DNA of 64,000 nucleotides, taken from contig NW_026858824.1 in the NCBI RefSeq assembly GCF_026571515.1, forward strand, positions 186,001-250,000, read 5' to 3'. The notes under the pieces are model-generated. The model was not told the origin of the DNA, did no database searches, and was given only the letters and a program-made list of their open reading frames with translations. Position numbers and translations under genes: made by a program. Numbering within the stretch: position 1 is the first letter of the stretch; each line of letters opens with the position of its first letter. Source of the stretch: Ruditapes philippinarum (lineage: Eukaryota). Below are positions 37,601 to 47,921 of the stretch, piece by piece.

Positions 37601-39992
37601 CCCATAATTCATATATGACAAGTTGCTCCAATTATTCATATATGACAAGTTGCTCTGATAATTCATATGTGACAAGTTGTTTCAATTATTCATTTGATAA
37701 GTTGCTCCTATAATTCATATGTGACAAGTTGCTCCTATAATTCATATATGACATGTTGTTCCAATAATTCATATATGACAATTTCATGTTGTTCCAATAA
37801 TTCATATATGACAAGTTGTTTCAATAATTCAAAGAATTTATGACAAGTTGTTCCAATTATTTCAGGGACAACATCAGATTGTAGAGAGAGTATAGAAGTT
37901 GAAGATAATGAAGGTGATATTAAAGGGGTTTCATTTCTTTGTCTACCAAAGCATGATGATGTGGACATTGAAGTTTGCAGTATGACTGATGACCGTTGTT
38001 GTGAAACACCTGGTTATGTTAACAGATATAAGGAGTATGTTAACAGGTATAAAGGGCATGAGTCTCATATGTGTAAATTGATACTGATGATGGTAGCCGA
38101 GTTTCAGACACCAAGAAAATATGGTTTCCAGCTGAGGGATGCTGCACCTATGCGCTGGTAGCAGGTGCTTTTGTAGATGCAATTTTCAATCATGATCCGT
38201 AAGTTTTACAAGATTTTCTATATCTTATAATATTATATTGGGATCCTACATATTACCGGACAAAATATGATGTTTTTTCGCTGTTACTTTTATTTAAAAA
38301 TAATAAAAAAGAATGAAATTTTACCCAAATAATTGTAGATGCTTAATATACGTAAACATTTCTTTATCAAACATAAAATTAAACATTTGACCGTAGAAAT
38401 GTGTCTTTAAAGTAGGGCATTAAAAGAGGGAAAAAATCGTGTAGACAACTCAATTTACTGGACATTGTGTTTCAAAATTTTTTGAAGTCTTAAATTGAAA
38501 TAAAGCAAGGAAACTACGACTGTTGAATGGCAATGTTAAGATTCTGGAAAAACCCAGTATGTCACTAAAATAGACATGGCAGCCATGCTTGTTACAAAGA
38601 GGCCAATATAGGGGTGTAATTGAAATTAACACTTTTAACTCAATTAACGTATTGATTCTTCATGATCCTTAAAAGTATGACACATTTTGATATTCAAATG
38701 GAATTCTGTTCTTTCTAGTACAGTTTCCTTTTGATCATCATGTAGCATGTTGCAAAAGCCATATTAAGTCTATGTTTTGTACATTTAATGTAGAGTTTCC
38801 TCCCATGGGCGTAACCCGTTTCCTTATATGTTTTCTAATTTGCATTTCTTTGTAAAAGACAACAACAGGATATTGTTTGAACGAAATTTGAAATTACATT
38901 TTATCATCAAAATATGTTACGATTGTCTCCTGAGGTAACTTTGAGAAGAATTAAAAGCAAAACCTATTGTTTCCTTTTGTATTTATAGAACAATTAAACT
39001 TTTTTGTACTGTTAGTGGAAAGATTTATTTCCTTAAAAAAATGGAATTATCTTTAGCACTACTTTTATAAAAAAAGAAATTGAAAAATCTGTTATAAAAA
39101 AAGAAATTTAAAAAAATTTGTGATGCAATACTTCAAAATTGGTGTGTTTGTGCAATGTTATTGGAAAGCAGGTGTCTGTGAACAATTGGTATGATACTAG
39201 TATCTATAGCTAGGTACTTTTGTAATAAAATGCTCACCAACATGAATAGACTATAGCCATTTGTGGGGTGTCCGTGGCCGAGTGTTTAACGTCGTTGACT
39301 TCAAACCACTTGCCCCTCACTGCTGTGGGTTGGAATCCCGACAGGGACTTTAGATTTTTTCATTTGAGGAAAGTTTTCCAGCTAGCTTATGGAATTGGTG
39401 GTTCTACTCAGGTGCCTGTTCGTGCCAGTAAAGCTGGAACGTCACCAAATGACCTATACTGTGTCGGTGTGACGTAAAACCCAAACAAGCAAAATAGCCA
39501 TTTGTATTGACAAATTGATTTAGGGTTTTTCAGGGGACTAGTTTTTATGTACAGAGTTTAACAAATTCATAATTATTCTTTTTCAGTGAATCAAGCATTT
39601 TGTCACAACTGATTTCAATACATGGTGAAAGAGTACAAGTAGCATCAGTGATTGTTAATGAAACAATAAACTTACCTGGTGATGCTGAAGAATGTATTAA
39701 AAGACTCAAATCACATAATCTGCCCGAGGATAACAGTTTTGCCTTCATGTTAGCATGTGTTGGTAGAGGGGAAGGTTTATATGAACAATCTAATATTGAG
39801 TCAGCACTGTTTAGAAAATATTTCCCTAAAACTCCTTTGATAGGTTTGTTTGGAAATGGAGAAATTGGATATGATCATGTAAATAAGGGATCACCTTCCC
39901 AAGAAGTGGAACCAGACTGCAAGAAGAAGAAATCTGACGTTAAACTATATCATTCTTTCACAACTGTGTTTGTTCTGGTGTCAATAACTTGA
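25661..39992 (+). CDS. FBXO22: F-box only protein 22 (F-box + FIST), ~400 aa; exons 25661-25791, 26513-26651, 35860-36052, 37866-38198, 39587-39992; one base missing near 38150
   Basis: F-box IVENILVYLNARELNRSARVCSFW. C-terminal FMLACVGRG..NIESALFRKYFPKTPLIGLFGNGEIG..HSFTTV matches FBXO22. All introns are GT-AG and phases fit if one nt is restored in exon 4. Confidence 0.88.
26023..26329. mobile_element. MITE with 37-bp perfect TIRs and 8-bp TSD (P- or hAT-type)
   Basis: cacaggtggcagtatcagtgtttggacaccccacccc and its reverse complement. TSD ctctgtac at 26015-26022 and 26330-26337. Confidence 0.9.
28164..28994 (+). CDS. LINE ORF1 protein (coiled coil + RRM + CTD)
   Basis: Heptad region IQDENSSLKERVSDLEKRV, DQYSRRNCLRISGIKE, HRLG, PRDIIIKF, VFINEEL, AWTSNG. 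First ATG at 28164. Confidence 0.9.
   Translation: MSSTPSATDKKRVATSPLDSFDYKKTRTLSTDSSASTMADYNLPLDETQLKQLSEQVSSSLEAILPDMVKSIVSKVIEALQNRMSAIQDENSSLKERVSDLEKRVELLEIDHEASDQYSRRNCLRISGIKEENSESMTDIIKNLSAEIQANIDVHDIDNMHRLGRPNSNTSSGKHPHRPNNQTRPRDIIIKFTSYRARQSLLSRRSALKNSKLFERVFINEELSKKRSEVFFHARRLVKTNKIKSAWTSNGVILAKDHSDIVHRCTRLMDLSTFEV
29660..30495 (+). repeat. Array of ~12 GGACTGCAGTA..TATGTAACTA modules in the LINE inter-ORF spacer
   Basis: Modules at ~29661, 29721, 29762, 29841, 29908, 30001, 30057, 30138, 30224, 30325, 30377 and 30471, including a ~300-bp block duplication. Confidence 0.8.
31184..34534 (+). CDS. LINE ORF2: APE endonuclease + reverse transcriptase + C-terminal Cys/His knuckle, preceded by a 2A-like motif
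   Basis: HLNIQS, TETWL, GGGVAIY, YRPP, AGDFN, LIDL; YRPISLL, KAFD, GVPQGSILGP, FADD; CTCGAIETVSHFLLSC. First ATG at 31184. Confidence 0.95.
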   Translation: MTLSYYIYRCRFLIPLDISISINPCILITALYLVMILINKSGDIELNPGPPVIADTLNSSNSSIEYYASLLNRGLSIMHLNIQSLKPKIDVLAVEAQPYDILIFTETWLSNNVTDTDLYIPNFSKPFRCDRIDRIGGGVAIYVRDSLHAIERKDLQVQGVEALWTEIHICQRKLIVGGIYRPPNSNNTQWLKMEYLLDQALNQHVDNILVAGDFNINVLANPSNKMTRLIHSLNCEQLINSPTHYTESSNSLIDLMFIKKSHHVLTSFVADPFLSDLVRFHCPIVSVLNFTKPQQNCFRRKIWIYDKGEYQKYNEKLSSIDWSFIDNDQNPDNIADCIAQNILNAASESIPNRIVTIRPNDVPWINNDVKKQIRKRRKLHQRAKLLNNENAWANFRKIRNETTKLIKKTKSDYQNNLTTQINSDNITAKTWFKLAKKLTNKQSTSTIPTLTDGSAIAESNKEKADLLNTYFSKQSTIENPHHPLPPLEIITNVLISGVTVTTQDVKDSINSMDSAKASGPDLISPRLIKEGKDELASPLARFFNKLLLKSVFPSSWKLANVCPIYKKSDPSKTCNYRPISLLSCLGKVMERCIHKYLYNHVISNKLLTPFQSGFIKGDSTINQLTFLYNDISKALDEGKEVRAVFCDISKAFDRVWHQGLLYKLSSLGIQGSLLQWFSSYLADRKQRVIVSNTSSTLLNINAGVPQGSILGPLLFLIYINDIVTDIEANIRLFADDTSLYIIVEDPNSSAAILNCDLSKISVWSKTWLVSFNPSKTEHVLFSRKRNKPQHPCLVFDNVNISSVKEHKHLGVIFSENGKWTSHITSNVNKAWQRIGILRSLKFLISRAGLEKLYVAFIRPLLEYADVMWDNCSNELKNDIESVQHEAARIVTGATKFCNINKLISDLSWDTLAERRRKHRLVLMYKMRNGLAPDYLSGLIPEHFNQPYTLRSNNDIPLIHCNSQSICYFFSSVYYSPVNSLPGNIKNASTVSAFKHKLNYRNMSSNKKKHLYNFGSRKNQVNHTRLRLGCSSLNFELHRRNLISSPLCTCGAIETVSHFLLSCPKYHTLRQQFFDDLPCAPTLNNLLFGNDRLSMDINQNLFTLVQSFIEASKRFDS
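36603..37862. repeat. 27-bp minisatellite (TTCATATATGACAAGTTGTTCCAATAA), ~46 units
   Basis: Directly visible. It runs up to the acceptor of FBXO22 exon 4. Confidence 0.95.
39265..39493 (+). mobile_element. tRNA-derived SINE with internal deletion
   Basis: Same head and tail as 12336. 12-bp TSD atagccatttgt at 39253-39264 and 39494-39505. Confidence 0.9.
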
Positions 39993-40593
39993 TTTGTAAT
40001 ATAAGGGCACTTTATTCTAATCTTATTAGCTTTAATTTTTAGCTTGACTATATTAACTATATGGAGAGCTGTCCTACTCACCCTGGTGTTGGCATTCAGA
40101 TTAAAGTTATTGTGCAGTAAAATACTTTTTCACTATTACTTCATTATTTCTTAAAGTAATCAGTTGCAAACTTCAAATATATGTTCTTCATCTTTAACCA
40201 TATCTTATGTGATAAGGTTTATAATTCTGGAACTGGAAGCAATATTTTCAAAATTATCTCCCCTTAAACTTAGATTTTTTAAACTTTTCCAGTGCACAGT
40301 TAAAGATGTAAAATTGAACTTTGATATCAGGTAACCCAGATTTTGATGAATTGATCTACTTTCTTGTGCTTTGAAATTTGGACCATGTACACAGTTTTAG
40401 ATGCAAAATTGAGCTTTGATATCAGCTGACCTAGATAATTTGATGAAGTGACCTTCTTTCTTGTCCTATGATGTACAGCTATGAAATTTGAACCAGATGT
40501 AAAATTGATCATTGAACATTATACTTGGACAAAACACTAAATGTGACCTGACCTACTTATTGTAATAATTTTTTTTTCCCTTTCCTTTAATGA

Positions 40594-41244
40594 TTTTTAT
40601 GCCCCCCTTCGAAGAAGAGTGGGTATATTGTTTTGCTAATGTCGGTCTGTCTGTCGGTCAGTCTGTCGGTAGACCACATGGTTTCCGCTGATTATCTTGA
40701 AAAGTATTTATCACAAAGTCTTCATATTTCACATAGTGATTGGTCATAACTAGTTGATGACCCCTATTGATTTTGGGGTCACTAGGTCAAAGGTCAAGGT
40801 CACAGGGGCCTTAAATGTCAATATGGTTTCCGCTGATTATCTTGAAAAGTATTCATCACAAAGTCTTCATATTTCACATAGTGATTGGTCATAACTAGTA
40901 GATGACCCCTATTGATTTTGGGGTCACTAGGTCAAAGGTCAAGGTCACAGGGGCATTAAATGTCAAAAGGGTTTCCGCTGTTTATCTTGAAAAGTATTCA
41001 TCAAAAAGTCTTCATATTTCACCTAGTTATTGGTCATAAGTAGTAGATGACCTCTATTGATTTAGGGGTCATTAGGTCAAAGGTCAATGTCACATGGGCC
41101 TTAAATGTAAAAATGGTTTCCGTTGATTTTTCCATAATTGAACACTTCCATGTACCCATTTTTGGCAAGTTTCTGTAATAAAATTACCAATTATGTGAGT
41201 CAATGGCTAGAAAGGGGGGTATATGTGTCGTTCGACATTCTTGT
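40594..41244 (+). mobile_element. HINE with three ~145-bp tandem cores
   Basis: Starts TTTTTATGCCCCCCTT, has a (GTCT/GTCG) microsatellite and cores at ~40680, 40826 and 40970. 3' end AAGGGGGGTAT + TGTCG..CGACA + TTCTTGTT. Confidence 0.8.
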
Positions 41245-42104
41245 TTTTAGCTCGACTTTTCTATGAAAAGGGGAGCTATCCTACTCGCCCCGGCGTCGGC
41301 GTTGGCGTCACACCTTGGTTAAGTTTTTCGTACCACCCCACTTTATTTCAGAAGTATTACAAGTATGGCTTTGAAACTTACCATACTTGTTCACCATCAT
41401 AACCTCCATCTACAGACAAGAGTACATAACTCTGTCAAGGTTTTTGACAGAATTATGGCCCTTTTTTGACTTAGAAAGTGTATTGAGCTTGGTTAAGTTT
41501 TTTGTACCACCTCACTTTATTTCAAAACCATTGGAGGTATTGCTTTGAAACTGACCATACTTGTTTACCATCACGACCTTCATCAACAGACAAGAGGACA
41601 TAACTCTGTCAAGGTTTTTGACAGAATTATGCCCCTTTTTGACTTAGAAAATACATTGAATATGGGTAAAATCCACTTATTGCCTTAACCCTTTGAGATA
41701 TTGCTTTGAAACTTTTAATGCTATTTCACATCATTACCCCCATCTGTACGCAAGAGAAGGTAACTCTGTCAAGGATTTGTTTTAAAAATTAAGGCCTTTT
41801 ATCGACTTAGAATCTTGGTTAAGTTTTTAGTACCAGTCCACTTTTTGACTGAACTGTTTGAGATATTAATTTTTTAGTTTTTAGTACCAGCCCTCTTTTG
41901 ACTTAAACATTTCAAACTTTGCTGCAGTGTTCAAGGGTATCACACAATTCAGTAAAATAATTCTTCACTAAATATCTTAATGCTCATGGCCATTGTTCAC
42001 TTTAAAAATACAGAGATTCTTGTATTTCCTTTTACTGCAAAAACTTTTTTTATTGGCAAGCAATAAAAAAGTCGAGCGCGCTGTCTTACGGACAGCTCTT
42101 GTTT
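41244..42104 (+). mobile_element. HINE family B, complete
   Basis: Subterminal IR gctcgactt/aagtcgagc, (GGCGTC)n, tandem cores and 3' stem gctgtc-ttacg-gacagc + TCTTGTT. Confidence 0.85.
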
Positions 42105-42947
42105 AATATTTATTTAAACCTCTTATTTATTTGCTTTTAGAAAAATTAAAAAAGTCAAGCATTGTCCCTGCCCTGCAGTGGCACTTGCTTTAAATAACAG
42201 TGGAATTGTTGTCAAAATGTCTGTTCTTAAAGGGCATTTCGTCACTTCTTAGTCAATAGAAATTGGTCACTTTTCTTATGTCTTTCACATCACCCATGTA
42301 AAGACACGTGAAATTTGTGCTAAATTCAGAGCACGAGTAATGTTACATGTGTCATTAATGACTTTATGAACTATGGAGTGGAAAATTATAATTTTTGTGT
42401 CGCCTCTACAGAGAAATGGCGATATATAGGAATCACTTCTCTGTCATCTGTCCGTCGGTCTGTCTGTCTGAGCTAACATATGAGAGTTGAGCTTCATTCA
42501 GTAGTTAAATGAAGAACAAAAACTCATAAAAATCATATTGTGAGCTATTTTTGTTCTATGAGCTTATTGACTTATGTTCAGGTGTAGTTTATGAGCTTAT
42601 TTGCCTCTTAAATATCAAATGTTGGTACGTCCGTCCATCACAAAACCTGTCTAGACCACTCCTGGTAAACTACTGGTGCAATTTCATCCAAACTTCACAG
42701 GAATGATCAGTACCAAGTGTAGTTGTGCATATTGTCAGCATTTTCCGGTTCAATGATTTTTGTCAGAGTTATGGCCTTTTAATAATTTTTATTTTTAAAG
42801 TTTGTCTGAACTACTTCTCTTATACATGTAGTACTAATGCCATTTCAATAAAACTTTACAGGATTGATTTGTAGCTCAAATGTAGTTGTGCATATCATCG
42901 GCTTTTTATGGTTCTATGAATTTTGTCAGAGTTATGACCCTTTTTTA

Positions 42948-43623
42948 TTTTTTAGCTCACCTGTCACAAAGTGACATGGTGAGCTATTGTGATCGCCTTT
43001 CGTCCGTCATCCGTCTGTAAACATTTACTTTAAACATCTCCTCATAAACCGCCAAGTCAATTTCATCCAAACTTCACAGGAATGTTCCTTTGGTAGTCTT
43101 CTTTAAAAATTGTCCAAAGAATTTAATTCCATGCAGAACTCTGGTTGCCATGACAACCGAAAGAAATAACTTAAAAAAACTTTAAAAAACCTCGAAAGAG
43201 CTAGAGCTTAAATATTTGGCATGAAACATTATCTAGTCAGTGTCTACCAAGTTTGTTCAAATAAAAGCCCTGGGGTCCAAATTGGCCCAGCACAGGGGGA
43301 AGAGGGTCATTGATTTTCCTTATTTGTATATTATAAAAACTTAAGAAATCTTGTTTTAAAAAAACCCTAAGAGCTAGAGCTAAGATATTTAGCATGAAAC
43401 ATCTTCTAAAGGGTGTCTACCATTTTCGTTCAAATAATGGCTCTGGAGACAAAATTGGCCCCGCCCTGGGGGGTCATTGAATTCCTTATATGTGTATAGT
43501 AAAAACATCTTCAAACAGGTGTCTTCCAAGTTTATTCAAATAAAAGCCCCTGGGTTAAAATTTGCCCCGCCCTGGGGGCCTATATACAGGTAAGAAACTT
43601 CAGGGCCATCATGGCCCTCTTGT
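42948..43623 (+). mobile_element. HINE family A, nested copy
   Basis: TTTTAGCTCACCTGTCAC...CAGGGCCATCATGGCCCTCTTGTT with ~3 cores. Confidence 0.85.
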
Positions 43624-43702
43624 TATTTTTTTAAAGTTTGTCTGGACTACATTTCTTATTCCACTAATTCAATTTCAATGAAAGTTTACAGGATTGATTG
43701 GT

Positions 43703-44051
43703 AGAACTCAAACCCAGGACCCTCAGAATACAGTACAGCGGCTTTACCAACTGAGCTATCCAGCCACTTACACATCATCTCCCTTAAATAGTGAACAGTT
43801 CTAAACCGAGACATACTCCCCTGCTATATTGAAATTTGTCTTCGAATTTCACAGAGCAATTCTGCATTAACTTTGAGCTATATACAGTCATGGTCCCACG
43901 TTTGGCGCCAAATGTCACAGGGTGAGAGAAATGTGCAGCCTGAACGAGACTCCAAACTGGGACCCTTGGAATACCATACCGCGGCTCTACTGACTGAGCT
44001 ATAAAGCAGCTTTCACATCATCTCCCCTAAATAGTGAACAGTTCTGAACCG
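43703..44051 (-). mobile_element. Miniature LTR retrotransposon (TRIM) with tRNA-like genes in both LTRs
   Basis: LTR1 44051-43913 ends CTGTGACA. PBS TGGCGCCAAACGTGGG at 43910-43895. ~100-bp interior with PPT AGCAGGGGAG. LTR2 starts TGTCTC at 43813. Each LTR has TAGCTCAGTYRG (box A) and a degenerate box B. Confidence 0.8.
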
Positions 44052-44410
44052 TTAAAACTTAAATGTTTTTTGGCTGAGTTATTGCCCTTGAATAAAAAAG
44101 GTGCTTTTTTGTGTTGCCAGCTACACAGAAGTTTGTCTGGGCTTCTCCTCTGAAACTAGTGGTGCAATTTATCAAATCTTAAGGGGAATGATCAATACCA
44201 TTTCTAGTTGTGCATCTCATCAACAGTTTTCGGTACATTGTTATTTGTCAGAGTTTTTGCGCTTTCATGATTTTAATTTTGAAATTTGTCCAGACTACTC
44301 CTGTTATACAAATGTACCACTAATGCAATTTCAATGAAACTTTACAGGATTCATCGACAGCTCAATTTCTTGTGCATTTGCACAAGGTTTTGGCGACACT
44401 GATGGCCCTT

Positions 44411-47293
44411 ATTAGCTCACCTGAGCATATGCTCAGGGTGAGCTATTATGATCACTCTTCGTCCGTCGTCTGTCGTACGTCGTACGTTGTCCGTTCACAC
44501 TTTTCAAACGACATCTCCTCTGAAACCATGAGGCAGATCATGATGAAACTTCACAGGGATGTTCCTTGTGTGAAGCCTTAACAAAGTTGTTCAAAGAATT
44601 CCATTCCATGCAGAACTCTGGTTGCCATGGCAACCAAAAGAAAAAACTTTAAACATCTTCTTCTAGATAACCCAAAGAGCTAGAGCTTAGATATTTGGCA
44701 TGAAACATCTTCTAGTGAGTGTCTACCAAGATTGTTCAAATAAAAGCCCTGGGGTCAAAATTGGCCCCGCCCCAGGGGGTCATTGATTTTCCCTATAGGC
44801 ATATAGTAAAAACTTAAAAAAATCTTCTTTTAAAGAACCCAAAGAGCTAGACCTAAGATATTAAGCATGAAACATCTTCTAATGAGTGTCTACAAAGATT
44901 GTTCAAATAAAAGCCCTGGGGTCAAAATTGGCCCCGCCCCAGGGGGTCATTGATTTTCCTTATATGCATATAGTAAAAACTTAAAAAAATCTTCTTCTAA
45001 AAAACCCAAAGAGTCAGAGCTTAGATATTTGGCATAAAACTTGTTCTAATGGATGTCTACCAAGTTTGTTCAAATAAAAGCCCTGGGGTCAAAATTGGCC
45101 CCGCCCCAGGGGGTCATTGATTTTCCCTATAGGCATATAGTAAAAACTTAAAAAAATCTTCTTTTAAAGAACCCAAAGAGCAAGACCTAAGATATTAAGC
45201 ATGAAACATCTTCTAATAAGTGTCTACCAAGATTGTTCAAATAAAAGCTTGTGGGTCAAAATTGGCCCCGCCCCAGGGGGTCATTGATTTTCCTTATATG
45301 CATATAGTAAAAACTTTAAAAAATCTTCTTCTACAAAACCCAAAGAGCTAGAGCTTAGATATTTGGCATTAAACATGTTCTAATGGATGTCTACCAAGTT
45401 TGTTCAAATAAAAGCCCTGGGGTCAAAATTGGCCCCGCCCCAGGGGGTCATTGATTTTCCCTATATGCATATAGTAAAAACTTTAAAAAATCTTCTATTA
45501 AAGAACCCAAAGAGCTGGACCTAAGATATTAAGCATGAAACATCTTCTAATAAGTGTCTACCAAGATTGTTCAAATAAAAGCCCTGGGGTCAAAATTGGC
45601 CCCGCCCCAGGGGGTCATTGATTTTCCCTATATGCATATAGTAAAAACTTTAAAAAATCTTCTATTAAAGAACCCAAAGAGCTAGACCTAAGATATTAAG
45701 CATGAAACATCTTCTAATAAGTGTCTACCAAGATTGTTCAAATAAAAGCCCTGGGGTCAAAATTGGCCCCGCCCCAGGGGGTCATTGATTTTCCCTATAT
45801 GCATATAGTAAAATCTTTAAAAAATCTTCTTCTAAAAAAGCCAAAGAGCTAGAGCTTAGATATTTGGTGTAAAAACATGTTCTAATGGATGTCTACCAAG
45901 TTTGTTCAAATAAAAGCCCTGGGGTCAAAATTGGCCCCGCCCAGGGTTAATTGATTTTCCCAATATGCATATAGTAAAAACTTAAAAAAATCTTCTTTTA
46001 AAGAACCCAAAGAGCTAGACCTAAGATATTAAGCATGAAACATCTTCTAATAAGTGTCTACCAAGATTGTTCAAATAAAAGCCCGTGGGTCAAAATTGGC
46101 CCCGCCCCAGGGGGTCATTGATTTTCCTTATATGCATATAGTAAAAACTTAAAAAAATCTTCTTCTACAAAACCCAAAGAGGTAGAGCTTAGATATTTGG
46201 CATTAAACATGTTCTAATGGATGTCTACCAAGTTTGTTCAAATAAAAGCCCTGGGGTCAAAATTGGCCCTGCCCCAGGGGGTCATTGATTTTCCCTATAT
46301 GCATATAGTAAAAACTTTAAAAAATCTTCTATTAAAGAACCCAAAGAGCTAGACCTAAGATATTAAGCATGAAACATCTTCTAATAAGTGTCTACCAAGA
46401 TTGTTCAAATAAAAGCCCTGGGGTCAAAATTGGCCCCTCCCCAGGGGGTCATTGATTTTCCCTATATGCATATAGTATAAACTTTAAAAAATCTTCTTCT
46501 AAAAAACCCAAAGAGCTAGAGCTTAGATATTTGGTGTAAAACATGTTCTAATGGATGTCTACCAAGTTGTTCAAATAAAAGCCCTGGGGTCAAAATTGGC
46601 CCCGCCCCAGGGTTCATTGATTTTCCCTATATGCATATAGTAAAAACTTAAAAAAAACTTCTCTTAAAGAACCCAAAAAGCTAGAGCTAAGATATTAAGC
46701 ATGAAACATCTTCTTATCAGTGTCTACCAAGTTCGTTCAAATTAAAGCCCTGGGGTCAAAATTGGCCCCGCCCCAGGGGGTCATTGATTTTCCCTATATG
46801 CATATAGTAAAAACTTAAAAAAAAATTCTTTTAAAGAACCCAAAGAGCTAGAGCTAAGATATTTAGCATAAAACATGTTCTAATGGGTGTCTACAAAATT
46901 TGTTCAAATAAAAGCCCTGGGGTAAAAATTGGCCCCGTCCCAGGGGTCATTGATTTTCCCTATATACATAGAGTAAAAAGTTAAAAATCTTCTATTAAAG
47001 AACCCAAAGAGCTAGAGCTGAGATATTTAGCATGAAACATGTTCTAATGGATGTCTACCAAGTTTGTTCAAATGAAAGCCCTTGTGTTAAAATTGGCCCT
47101 GCCAGGGGGAGGGTGGGGGTCAAAAGTCATTGTTATTCATAATTTGTGTATAGTAAAATCTTAACATCATGAAATATCTTTTAATGGGTGTCTTCCAAGT
47201 TTGTTCAAATAAAAGCTCTTTGGTTTAAACTGGCCCGGCCCTGAGGGCCTTTGTTCAGGTGAGCGACCCCAGGGCCATCATGGCCCTCTTGTT
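44411..47293 (+). mobile_element. HINE family A with ~16 tandem ~167-bp cores
   Basis: IR gctcacctg/caggtgagc and 3' stem agggcca-tca-tggccct. The TTGGCCCCGCCCC anchor recurs every ~167 bp. Confidence 0.9.
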
Positions 47294-47921
47294 AGTTAAG
47301 TTACTGTCACATTCCGGTGACCAATTTTTACGACATCAGTGAATACTGTTTGTTCTTCTGTCTCTACTGAGGTATTGGGTTGATATAGAAGTTGCCAGAT
47401 TTCAAAAAAACAAGCCTTGAACATCTGAATTTAAGGTCTCACCTGAAATACCATTAATGAGTGCAGTAAGACCTAGTAAATTCTATAGATACCTGAATTA
47501 TTTATCTTCCCAATTTGGAAGAATGATGAAAGAAGTTGAATTTACTTGTTGACATTTTAATAATGATCAGCATGTGAAGTTTTGCATCTGGGGTTTCACT
47601 TGTGAATTGATATGTTTTGTCATAGTTATTGCCATTGACTAAGTGAAAATTTTCAATTTGTATCGTGTGTACCTCAAAATGTATTATACCTAGTCATGAA
47701 ACTTTACAGGAATTTTGGTCAGCATATGTAGTTGTGCACCTCCGATTTCCCTTGTGGATTTATCCAGTATTTGTAGAGTTATTGCCCTTGACTTAGTAAA
47801 AACCGTTTCATTATGTTGTGTTATTTGTTCCTTGAGTGCTTGAGTTATAATCGAGCAACTTTGCAGGAATGATGATCAACATCACTGTGAAGCTATGCAC
47901 CTGGGATTTTGCATGTGGACT

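Larger units (their letters stand above)
42391..44413 (+). mobile_element. HINE family D, hosting nested insertions
   Basis: Subterminal IR gtgtcgcc/ggcgacac, (GTCT)n and degenerate cores. Interrupted by the elements at 42948 and 43703. Confidence 0.65.

Noticed and set aside
36910-37713. ORFs with repeating MTSCSNYSY / NLSYMNNW peptides
   Set aside because: Translations of the intronic 27-bp minisatellite (unit divisible by 3), broken by stops and without a supported exon structure.
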